Positions 28,455 to 36,617 of a stretch of 38,578 bases of DNA are shown in pieces. The position numbers and the translations under genes are program-made. How positions within the stretch are numbered: the stretch's first letter is position 1; each line of letters begins with the position of its first letter. Origin of the DNA: Candidatus Aerophobota bacterium. Its GTDB lineage: Bacteria; Aerophobota; Aerophobia; Aerophobales; AE-B3A. The stretch covers positions 1 through 38,578 of the forward strand of contig JAUVZN010000001.1 of assembly GCA_030602545.1 (NCBI GenBank). Reading direction: 5' to 3'. Below the pieces are notes generated by a model. It had not been told where the DNA came from. It worked only from the letters and a program-made list of their open reading frames with translations, and searched no databases.

Positions 28455-28596
28455 AGGCCCCAAAGATGTCATTTAGCTGGTACGTCTCGTCGAGGGAGGG
28501 GACTCCGGGTCAAAGAAGGAAGCGCACTGCTCATAGACTAGCGAGATGATGGTGTCTGGAAGGGTAACCCATCAATGATCCCAAAAGGAGGGAGGA

Positions 28597-29535
28597 GTGC
28601 AAGAGTTAATAAAACCAAAAAAAATGGATGTGGAAAGAGAGACTTTCTCTGACACCTATGCCAGATTTATCATTGAGCCTCTGGAAAGAGGCTATGGTGT
28701 CTCCTTAGGCAATGTTCTTCGCCGAGTTCTACTTTCTTCTCTGCCGGGAGCAGCTGTGGTCTCCGTTAAGTTCGAAGGAGTGTCTCATGAGTTTTCTACT
28801 ATTTCAGGGGTGAAAGAGGATGTGCTGGAGATCATTCAGAATCTCAAGTCTCTCAGAGCAAGGCTGTACTGCGAGAAGAAGAGGGTATTTCTCGAAGCCG
28901 AGGGAGCCGGAGAGGTACGAGCATCTCACATTCAAGCCGATCCCGACGTGGAAATTGTCAACCCCGATTTGCATATCGCTACTCTGAGTGACGCAAAAAC
29001 ACACCTTTTGATGGAGATAACCTTAGCTCAGGGCAGAGGGTATGTCGAAGCCAGTGAAAATAAAACCTCCGATGATCCTATAGGTACTATTCCTATTGAT
29101 GCCATTTTCACACCCATAAAGAAAGTAAATTATGATGTCAGACCTGCTCGTATTGGACGAAAGACCAGTTTTGATTCTCTCATAGTGGATATCCATACCG
29201 ACGGGACCATGAAACCCGATGAGGCCGTAAAAGAAGCAGCAAAGATCCTGCAGAGCTATTTAGAATTTTTTACTCCCGAGGAGCCTATAGGGGAAAGATT
29301 GAAGAAAGAGAAGAGGACTATGGAGTTCCTGGAGCAAAGCATTGAAGAAATAGGGCTTTCCGGTATGCCCCTTCGTACTCTAAAGGCGTCGGGGGTAAAA
29401 AAAACAAGTGACCTATTGAATAGAACGAGCAAGGATCTTCTGGAGATGCGGAACTTTGGGGAGAAGTCATTGAAAAAGGTACAGGAGAGGCTCGCCGAAT
29501 GTAATCTAAAGCTGGCCCAAGAGAAAGAAAAATGA
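28597..29535 (+). CDS. rpoA: DNA-directed RNA polymerase subunit alpha
   Basis: GTG start after AAGGAGGGAGG. N-terminal domain (IEPLERGYGVSLGNVLRRVLLSS) and C-terminal domain (LSGMPLRTLKASGVKKTSDLL). Confidence 0.96.
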   Translation: MQELIKPKKMDVERETFSDTYARFIIEPLERGYGVSLGNVLRRVLLSSLPGAAVVSVKFEGVSHEFSTISGVKEDVLEIIQNLKSLRARLYCEKKRVFLEAEGAGEVRASHIQADPDVEIVNPDLHIATLSDAKTHLLMEITLAQGRGYVEASENKTSDDPIGTIPIDAIFTPIKKVNYDVRPARIGRKTSFDSLIVDIHTDGTMKPDEAVKEAAKILQSYLEFFTPEEPIGERLKKEKRTMEFLEQSIEEIGLSGMPLRTLKASGVKKTSDLLNRTSKDLLEMRNFGEKSLKKVQERLAECNLKLAQEKEK

Positions 29536-29882
29536 AGCACAGAAAAAAAGGAAAAAAACTGGGGTTAGACAAGGCTCATCGCAAATCCCTCTTAAATAAC
29601 TTAATAGGGTCTCTCATCTTCTATGAGGGGATCGTTACTACTCAGGCAAAGGCTAAGGAGGCAGCGAGGTTAGCAGAGAAGCTTATTACGTTAGCCAAGA
29701 ATGACTCTCTTCACCATCGACGGTGTATCCTAAGAGTTATTCGGGATGAGAAAATTGCTAAGAAACTCTTTGAAGTAATAGCTCCTCGCTATAAGGAACA
29801 CAAAGGTGGATATACGCAGATCACCAGGCTCCGGAAGCGAGAGGGCGATAATGCCCTGATATGTAAAGTGAAACTTGTATAA
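29532..29882 (+). CDS. rplQ: 50S ribosomal protein L17
   Basis: MKHRKKGKKLG...HRKSLLNNL...ITT..KAKE motif. ATGA overlap with rpoA. Confidence 0.96.
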   Translation: MKHRKKGKKLGLDKAHRKSLLNNLIGSLIFYEGIVTTQAKAKEAARLAEKLITLAKNDSLHHRRCILRVIRDEKIAKKLFEVIAPRYKEHKGGYTQITRLRKREGDNALICKVKLV

Positions 29883-29938
29883 ACCCCGTTAGATAATTCT
29901 ATATTTCAAAAATTCCTTTGAATTAAATAGGAGGAGCA

Positions 29939-30012
29939 GGCCTTGCTTGAGCGATAAGTCGGCTTTGCCGACAAGGCCGTTGAGGGGGAAATTCCGGAGG
30001 AATTTCCCCCTC
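29939..30012 (+). other. Tandem stable stem-loops between rplQ and truA
   Basis: H1 has ggccttg (29939-45) pairing with caaggcc (29972-78), enclosing gtcgg-ctttg-ccgac. H2 (29982-30012) has a perfect 14-bp stem gagggggaaattcc/ggaatttccccctc with a 3-nt loop. No U-tract on either strand. Confidence 0.6.
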
Positions 30013-30019
30013 AAATATC

Positions 30020-30781
30020 TTGAGAGTGCGTAACATAAAGGTTATCCTGGAGTACGACGGTTCTTCCTATTGTGGATGGCAAAGACAACCTCGACATCTT
30101 ACAGTTCAGGAGCTTGTAGAGAATGGTCTTCATAAACTCTTCAAGGAAAGAATAAAGGTATCAGTGGCTGGAAGGACGGATACGGGAGTTCATGCCAAGG
30201 GACAGGTCATCAATTTTGTTACCTGTAGCTTCGTTCCTATTCCTGCTATCAAACCCGCTTTAAATAGCTATCTGCCTCCCGATATACAGGTTAAGAAGGT
30301 TCAAGAAGTCTCTGTGAATTTCCACGCCCAAAAGTCAGCCTTGAGCAGACTCTATAGGTACATCATCTACAATCATCCTTTTCCCAATCCCTTTTACCGC
30401 AATTTTAGCTGGCATATTCCATTCTCTCTTGAGAGAGAAAATATGAGGGAAGCTTCCAGGTATCTTATAGGGAGGCATGATTTCTCCTCTTTCCTGGCGC
30501 AGGGAAGTCCTGTTTATTCCCCGGTGCGAAAGATAGAAAAAGTAGTTTTTTTCGTTAAAGGAAGGTTCATGGTTATTTATATAAGGGCGGATAGTTTTCT
30601 TTATCGCATGGTGCGAAACATAATAGGTACTTTGGTAGAGGTGGGTAGGGGGAGAATATCACCTCCAGAGGTAAAGGAGATATTAGATGCCAGAGACCGC
30701 ACTGCTGCCGGTCCTACAGCTCCTCCACAGGGGCTTTATCTGGTAAGGATAAGGTATCTGTCCTCCTCGCTTAATAATTGA
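30020..30781 (+). CDS. truA: tRNA pseudouridine(38-40) synthase TruA
   Basis: YDGSSYCGWQRQ and GRTDTGVHA (catalytic Asp) motifs. The start (TTG 30020 or GTG 30026) is uncertain, with no clear SD. Confidence 0.9.
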   Translation: MRVRNIKVILEYDGSSYCGWQRQPRHLTVQELVENGLHKLFKERIKVSVAGRTDTGVHAKGQVINFVTCSFVPIPAIKPALNSYLPPDIQVKKVQEVSVNFHAQKSALSRLYRYIIYNHPFPNPFYRNFSWHIPFSLERENMREASRYLIGRHDFSSFLAQGSPVYSPVRKIEKVVFFVKGRFMVIYIRADSFLYRMVRNIIGTLVEVGRGRISPPEVKEILDARDRTAAGPTAPPQGLYLVRIRYLSSSLNN

Positions 30782-30809
30782 CAGAAGCCCCATTTGTGAT
30801 AAAATTAGC

Positions 30810-30838
30810 TTGATAGGCGAGCCTGGGCGATCTAAAAA
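30810..30838 (+). promoter_or_regulatory. Candidate sigma-70-type promoter upstream of mcsA
   Basis: TTGATA (30810-15), a 17-nt spacer, then TAAAAA (30833-38). Pattern match only. Confidence 0.3.
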
Positions 30839-30906
30839 AGAAACTCAGACAAGATGAGGAGATAGGTGGCAGGAAAGGCAGATCCGGCGAGATCAAGGTG
30901 AGGTAA

Positions 30907-31404
30907 ATGCTTTGTCAGGTTTGCAAGAAAAGAGAAGTTAATGTTCATTTTAAAGAAATTATTGGGGGGGAGGTAAGGGAACTGCATCTCTGTGATGTCT
31001 GTGCTAAAGAAAAGGGATTGGGAGAATCTTTTTTCCCCAGTTTTTCCCTTCCTGAGCTTATGCTGGGTTTAACTAAGCTGGAAATTCCTCCTTCTCTGGG
31101 GAAGGGACCGCAGTGCTCCGGTTGTGGTATAAGCTATGAAGAGATAATAAAAAAGGGTAAATTAGGATGTAGTCTATGTTATCAGAACTTTACAGAGTAT
31201 CTTGATCCTTTGCTGGAAAAAATTCATGGTAAGGTTTATCATTCGGGAAAAGTTCCTAAGAAAGGGAAGAAAGAGGATAGGCTAGATAGAAAGGTCTATG
31301 AATTACGTAAAAAACTGGAAGAGGCGGTGAGGAAGGAAGAGTACGAAAAAGCTGCTGAATTTAGGGATGAGTTACGGGAGCTAGAAAAGGGTGGGAGAAA
31401 ATGA
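30907..31404 (+). CDS. mcsA: McsA-like protein (two CxxC...CxxC zinc motifs plus a UVR domain)
   Basis: CQVCKK...CDVCAK and CSGCG...CSLC, then a C-terminal UVR-type helix (YEKAAEFRDELRELE). Translationally coupled to mcsB. Confidence 0.8.
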   Translation: MLCQVCKKREVNVHFKEIIGGEVRELHLCDVCAKEKGLGESFFPSFSLPELMLGLTKLEIPPSLGKGPQCSGCGISYEEIIKKGKLGCSLCYQNFTEYLDPLLEKIHGKVYHSGKVPKKGKKEDRLDRKVYELRKKLEEAVRKEEYEKAAEFRDELRELEKGGRK

Positions 31405-32456
31405 AATTTCAAGCAATGGCTAACGTAACTAGCCGATGGTTAAAAGGAGATGGACCAGAAGCAGGGATTGTATTTAGCTGCCGGGTAAGGTTGGCCCGTA
31501 ATCTGGAGGGTTTCCCTTTCCCCCTTTGGGCTGAAGAATCCAAACTGAAGGGGGTTTCGGAAAAGATCATTGATGCTATAGAAAAAAGTAAATATCTGAA
31601 GAATGCCCATATCATTGATGTGGCTGAGCTTTCCTCTACGGAGCGAAGATTTCTTTTAGAAAGGCACCTCATTTCGGTAGAATTCACTAAAGGTGGTAGG
31701 TATAGATTTTTAGCGACGGAGAAAGAGGAGATGCTATCTTTGATGATAAATGAGGAGGATCACCTTCGTCTGCAAACCATATTCTCCGGACTTCAACTAA
31801 TGGAAACTTGGCGGTTAATTGACAGAGTGGATGATGAGCTGGAGGAGATGTTGGACTACGCTTTTCTCCCTCGATATGGCTACCTTACAGCCTGTCCCAC
31901 CAATACGGGGACGGGAATGAGAGCTTCCTGCATGCTTCATCTACCTGCCCTGGTAGCTGTCCGAAAAATAAACGACATATTAAAAGGTATTTCCCAATTA
32001 GGACTGGTAGCCAGGGGTTTGTATGGGGAAGGGACAGAGGCCCAGGGCGAGTTTTTCCAGGTTTCCAACCAGCTAACTCTGGGTTTAAAAGAAGAAGAAA
32101 TCATTGATCACGTCGAGAAGGTGACCCACCAGGTTGTAGAGCAGGAAAAGAGGGCAAGGGAGGCTCTTCTCAAAAGAAATGTAATTGAGATAAAAAATGA
32201 AGTGGGCAGAGCCTACGGTATTTTAACTGGAGCTCATCTGATTAGTTCTCAGGAAGCTCTGGATCTACTTTCTAAGCTGAGACTGGGGATAGGTCTAGAG
32301 CTTCTGCCTGGTTTTAATATTCAGATCTTAAATGAACTGTTTTTTCTGATAACCCCGGCTCAACTGCAGATAAGAGAAGGAAGAGAACTTACTCCTCTTT
32401 CTCGGGACCAGCTAAGGGCAAAGCTTATCAGAGAAAAACTCAGTAAGGTCAGGTGA
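31401..32456 (+). CDS. mcsB: Protein arginine kinase McsB (ATP:guanido phosphotransferase family)
   Basis: Phosphagen-kinase signature CPTNTGTGMRAS, plus EEDHLRLQ and GLYGEGTEA motifs. 351 aa. ATGA overlap with mcsA. Confidence 0.88.
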   Translation: MKFQAMANVTSRWLKGDGPEAGIVFSCRVRLARNLEGFPFPLWAEESKLKGVSEKIIDAIEKSKYLKNAHIIDVAELSSTERRFLLERHLISVEFTKGGRYRFLATEKEEMLSLMINEEDHLRLQTIFSGLQLMETWRLIDRVDDELEEMLDYAFLPRYGYLTACPTNTGTGMRASCMLHLPALVAVRKINDILKGISQLGLVARGLYGEGTEAQGEFFQVSNQLTLGLKEEEIIDHVEKVTHQVVEQEKRAREALLKRNVIEIKNEVGRAYGILTGAHLISSQEALDLLSKLRLGIGLELLPGFNIQILNELFFLITPAQLQIREGRELTPLSRDQLRAKLIREKLSKVR

Positions 32457-32511
32457 ACCCTCCTAGAGAATCCTCTCTAAACGGGGTAAACTGGTGGAAA
32501 GGTTTAGATAA

Positions 32512-33957
32512 ATGGAAAGAGCACGCTCTCTCTTAGGGAAGGCAAAAGGGACCATAGCGAAATACAGGATGCTCGGCCCAAATGTACGAGTAGTGGTTGG
32601 TGTCTCTGGAGGTCCTGATTCGGTGAGCTTGATCCATCTTCTTTCGCGGCTGCAAGATGAGTATAATTTAACTTTGTGGATAGCTCATCTCAATCATAAA
32701 CTAAGAGGCAGGGAGGGGGAAGAAGAAGATAGATGGGTAAAGCAATTTGGCCGAGAGCTTGGTATTTCTGTGATTTCGGACTCCTGCAATGTATCCCTTC
32801 TGGCCAAGAAGAAGAAGCTTTCCCTGGAGGAAGCCGGTCGCCGGGCCCGATATAATTTTCTGGAGCATGTGGCTAATGAAGTGGGAGCCAGCCGGATCGC
32901 CATGGCTCATACAGCCTCTGATCAGGTGGAAACTCTTCTGATGAGATTAATCAAAGGAGCTGGGGTAGACGGACTTTCCGGTATCCCACCGGTAAGGGGT
33001 AGAGTTATTCGACCCTTGATCGAGATCTTTCGGGAAGAGGTAGAAGTTTATTGTAAAGACAATCATCTTTATCCCTGCCAGGATTCCTCTAATCTCCAGC
33101 TTCGTTTTTTGCGGAACAGGATCCGCTGGGACCTAATTCCTCATCTCTCCAGGCAGTATAATCCTCGGATAGGAGAAACTATTCTTCGGATCAACGCCAT
33201 TCTCAGGGAGGAAGGAGATTATCTGGAAAGAGAAACAAGGAGAGCACTGCGTCTAGCAGCTGTGGGGCAAAATAACGGAAAGTTGATCCTGGATATCCAA
33301 AAACTCCATCGTCTACACCCCGCCATACAGAGGAGGGTAGTCCGCAAAGCTCTCGGGGAGGTAAAAGGAGATCTGAAAAGAATTACCTTCGATCACATAA
33401 ATTCTGTTCTGGGGATGGGTTCGGGTAGGGGGACCAAGAAATTAGATCTTCCCGGAGATTTATTAGTTCAAAGAGAATATGATAGATTGGTTATCAAAAA
33501 GGGGAAAAATAAGAAACTATCCTTTCATTACTCTCTGATTGTTCCAGGAAAGATAGAGCTTCCAGAGTTACGTCTTTCCCTGGAGGCAGAGATTATCCTC
33601 GATAGACCTACCAATTTTGCTAAAGAGGACTCAATCGCTTATTTGGATTGGGATAGATTGGAGGAACCTTTGTTTCTGCGTCAGAGAAAAAGAGGCGATA
33701 AATTTCAACCCTCAGGAATGAAGGGTAGCAAGAAGATAAAAGATTTCTTTATTGATCTCAAAATTCCTTTAGAACAAAGGGGTATGATCCCTCTGCTCAT
33801 TAGCAAGGATAAGATAGCTTGGGTGGTGGGCTACCGTGTGGATGAAAGATTCAAAATAAGGCAGGACACCCCCAGAGTCCTCAAGATTAAGGTCACCAAA
33901 AATGAAGACCAATCGATTGGCAAGGGTAGAAAGAAAAACCAGGGAAACAGAAGTTAA
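32512..33957 (+). CDS. tilS: tRNA(Ile)-lysidine synthase
   Basis: PP-loop VGVSGGPDSVSL, central TilS region, and a C-terminal substrate-binding-type domain (GDKFQPSGMKGSKKIKDFFID). Confidence 0.9.
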   Translation: MERARSLLGKAKGTIAKYRMLGPNVRVVVGVSGGPDSVSLIHLLSRLQDEYNLTLWIAHLNHKLRGREGEEEDRWVKQFGRELGISVISDSCNVSLLAKKKKLSLEEAGRRARYNFLEHVANEVGASRIAMAHTASDQVETLLMRLIKGAGVDGLSGIPPVRGRVIRPLIEIFREEVEVYCKDNHLYPCQDSSNLQLRFLRNRIRWDLIPHLSRQYNPRIGETILRINAILREEGDYLERETRRALRLAAVGQNNGKLILDIQKLHRLHPAIQRRVVRKALGEVKGDLKRITFDHINSVLGMGSGRGTKKLDLPGDLLVQREYDRLVIKKGKNKKLSFHYSLIVPGKIELPELRLSLEAEIILDRPTNFAKEDSIAYLDWDRLEEPLFLRQRKRGDKFQPSGMKGSKKIKDFFIDLKIPLEQRGMIPLLISKDKIAWVVGYRVDERFKIRQDTPRVLKIKVTKNEDQSIGKGRKKNQGNRS

Positions 33958-34495
33958 GATTGATTTGAATTTGGATGGTAAGGGGACCTCCAGGATAGAT
34001 ACTTCGTATCCATTCTTGGATCACATGCTTTCTCTTCTCGCCTATCATGGATTTTTTGACTTAGGAATTGTGGCCAAAGGGGATATTAAAGTAGACTATC
34101 ATCATCTGGCCGAGGATGTGGGTATCTGTTTGGGAAAAGCGGTGAGAAAAGCTTTGGGAGAGAAAAAAGGAATAAAGAGGTATGGCAGCTTTTTCGTTCC
34201 CATGGATGAGGTACTGGCTCAGGTAGCCCTTGACATAAGTGGACGCCCAGTTTTGGTATTTAAATCCTCCTCCCTAAGAGAGCAGGATGGATCCGAGTTA
34301 GAACTAATGAAAGAGTTCTTCCGCGGTTTTGCTTCTCACGCAGGAGTTACCCTGCACGTAAATTTGTGTTATGGAAGTGGAGCTCATCACTTAATGGAAG
34401 CTGCTTTTAAGGCTTTTGCTCTGAGTTTAGATGAGGCTACCCGACTGGATGAGCGAAGGGAAGGGATTCCTTCGACCAAAGAAAAACTGGGATAA
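33902..34495 (+). CDS. hisB: Imidazoleglycerol-phosphate dehydratase
   Basis: RKTRETEV, PFLDHMLS, DYHHLAEDVGI and GAHHLMEAAFKA metal-binding motifs. Overlaps the tilS 3' end by 56 nt. Confidence 0.92.
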   Translation: MKTNRLARVERKTRETEVKIDLNLDGKGTSRIDTSYPFLDHMLSLLAYHGFFDLGIVAKGDIKVDYHHLAEDVGICLGKAVRKALGEKKGIKRYGSFFVPMDEVLAQVALDISGRPVLVFKSSSLREQDGSELELMKEFFRGFASHAGVTLHVNLCYGSGAHHLMEAAFKAFALSLDEATRLDERREGIPSTKEKLG

Positions 34496-34526
34496 ATTTA
34501 GGTGCAGAAAGAGCTGAGTGGATCTT

Positions 34527-34982
34527 ATGCGAGCAGTGATCCAGCGAGTAGGAGAGGCTTCATGTGAGGTGGAAGGGAAGCTGGTAGGAGCTATCAAAAA
34601 GGGAGTGGTGATCTTTCTTGGTGTGGGAAGAGTGGATACAGTAAAAGACGCTGAATATCTTGCTGAGAAAATAGTTAACCTTCGTATATTCGAAGATGAG
34701 AAGGGCAAGATGAATCTATCTCTAGTCCAGGTAGAAGGAGAAATACTCATTATACCACAATTCACCCTTTACGGAGAATGCAGGAAGGGTCTTCGTCCTA
34801 ACTTTATGAGGGCTGCTTCGAGAAATTTAGCTGAGGGACTTTTCTTAAGGTTTGTGGAGCTGGTGAGAAAGAAGGGATTTTCTCCACAGCAAGGGCGTTT
34901 CGGAGCGAAGATGCGAATAGGAGTAGAGAACGATGGCCCTGTCACTTTGATTCTGGAGAGCGAAAGATGCCGGGAGAATTAA
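34527..34982 (+). CDS. dtd: D-aminoacyl-tRNA deacylase
   Basis: MRAVIQRV, PQFTLYG and NDGPVTL motifs. ATG 34527 preferred over GTG 34518. Confidence 0.9.
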   Translation: MRAVIQRVGEASCEVEGKLVGAIKKGVVIFLGVGRVDTVKDAEYLAEKIVNLRIFEDEKGKMNLSLVQVEGEILIIPQFTLYGECRKGLRPNFMRAASRNLAEGLFLRFVELVRKKGFSPQQGRFGAKMRIGVENDGPVTLILESERCREN

Positions 34983-34983
34983 A

Positions 34984-36045
34984 TTGGCACCCGTGAGCGT
35001 AGGTTTAGAGGTAGGAGCAGCAGCGGTAAAGATGGTAGAATTAGTTCACAGAAAAAAGGGTGTCCGACTAACAAAGCTGGCTAGAGTAGAAATACAGCCT
35101 GATCTTGAAGGTGAGGATAGAAAATCAGCCATAGTAAAGATCATAAAGAGTCTAGTTGCGGATTATGGAGTGAATCCTCGCAGGCTCATCTCTGGGGTGG
35201 GGGGAGAGTCAGTTATTGTAAGGAGGATACTGGTTCCCCCTATGCCTGAGGAGGAACTTGTCCAGGCGGTAAGATGGCAAGCGGAAGAGCATCTTCCCTA
35301 TTCCCTCGATGAAGTATACCTGGATTTTCAGGTGCTTGGATGGGGCAGGAGAAAAGGGGAGGAGACCTCCGTAATTCTAGTGGGGGTGAAGAAGGAAACT
35401 ATTGATAGTCACCTTGATATTCTAAGGAAAGCAGGGATTATTCCTCAAATATTGGATGTGAACGCTCTTGCTCTATTTAATATGTTTGAGTTCTCCCATC
35501 CTCACCAGTTGGAGGATATAGCTCTTCTGGAGATGGGACACAGTACCACTTCCATCCTCATCCTCGAAGGAGGATTTCCATTTCTGGTCAGGAACTTGAA
35601 TTTTGGGGGACTGCATATTACTCGTGCCATTAGCGAGGAGCTCGGCATAGATTATTCCAGAGCCAACCAGCTGAAGGAAGAGTACGGACTGATGGCTGAG
35701 GAGGAGGAAAGTGGGAGAGTTTCTTCAGACACTGGAGCCGAGATAAGTAGGCAAACCAAGAAATGCATGAAAGTTCTCATAGAGGAGATTATCCATTCTC
35801 TGGATTATTACAGCTCCCAGAGGAGAAAGAAAATCAAGAAGATTGTCATCAGCGGCGGTGGTGCTTGTCTTAACAACATTGGTGAATTTTTGTCAGTGAG
35901 GCTGGGACTTCCTGTGGAACGTGATAATCCCTTCGCCAGGATGGGTTATAATTCCCGTTATTTTTCCCCCGATTACCTGGAAAGAGAAGGCTCATTTTTT
36001 GCTGTAGGATCGGGCCTGGCGCTCAGAAAAGTAGCTCAGATATGA
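34984..36045 (+). CDS. pilM: Type IV pilus assembly protein PilM (actin-like ATPase fold)
   Basis: 353 aa. PilM/FtsA-like sequence (GLEVGAAAVKMVEL, ILDVNALALFN, ISGGGA). Followed by pilN/O/P/Q. TTG start. Confidence 0.85.
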   Translation: MAPVSVGLEVGAAAVKMVELVHRKKGVRLTKLARVEIQPDLEGEDRKSAIVKIIKSLVADYGVNPRRLISGVGGESVIVRRILVPPMPEEELVQAVRWQAEEHLPYSLDEVYLDFQVLGWGRRKGEETSVILVGVKKETIDSHLDILRKAGIIPQILDVNALALFNMFEFSHPHQLEDIALLEMGHSTTSILILEGGFPFLVRNLNFGGLHITRAISEELGIDYSRANQLKEEYGLMAEEEESGRVSSDTGAEISRQTKKCMKVLIEEIIHSLDYYSSQRRKKIKKIVISGGGACLNNIGEFLSVRLGLPVERDNPFARMGYNSRYFSPDYLEREGSFFAVGSGLALRKVAQI

Positions 36046-36617
36046 TAAAGGTAAATTTGCTACCCAAATTCATACTGGAGAGGAGAAAAAGGGGAGCTTT
36101 TGCTATTTTTATCTCTTTATGCGCAGGGTTAGCTATTCTCATTTGCGTATTCCTCTTGCTTCCTTTAAGAGCCGAGCTCGCTCCTGTAGCAAGAGAGCTC
36201 CACTCGGTTAAGAAACTCTCGGAAGAGTATCAATCAAAATTTCGAAACTTAAAAAGGGATGAGTTAAAGGAGAAGGAAGCCCAACTCAAATCTTATCTAG
36301 AGGCTCTTCTAGATCTAACAAACTATCAACCTTCCTGGTCTTTGATTTTGTATGAGGTCAGCAAGGGACTTCCAGAGGGTGTGTGGCTGACGGAAATAAC
36401 TAAACCTATCGCAGATGAGATACTCACCATTCAGGGGAACTCTCTCGATCGGACCAGAGGTGTGATAGAGTTTATGGAAAATCTAAATAAAGCCTCCCTT
36501 TTTAAGGACGTTAGCTTTAGCAATATGTCTAAAAAAATGGTAGGCGAGGTAGAGGTCACAGAGTTTAAACTTATCTGCAAGCTACAGGAGGCTCATCCAG
36601 GAAAGGAAAGTGGATAG
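36042..36617 (+). CDS. pilN: Type IV pilus assembly protein PilN
   Basis: N-terminal (I)NLLP motif (KVNLLP), one TM helix, a coiled coil, then a C-terminal alpha/beta domain. Confidence 0.8.
   Translation: MIKVNLLPKFILERRKRGAFAIFISLCAGLAILICVFLLLPLRAELAPVARELHSVKKLSEEYQSKFRNLKRDELKEKEAQLKSYLEALLDLTNYQPSWSLILYEVSKGLPEGVWLTEITKPIADEILTIQGNSLDRTRGVIEFMENLNKASLFKDVSFSNMSKKMVGEVEVTEFKLICKLQEAHPGKESG

Noticed and set aside
28466-28549. 27-codon ORF in the rpsD-rpoA spacer
   Set aside because: No SD, an Arg-rich nonsense-like product, and a length expected by chance.
29982-30012. Reading the 14-bp hairpin as a canonical rho-independent terminator
   Set aside because: No U/T-run follows the stem on either strand, so it is reported only as a stable stem-loop of unknown role.
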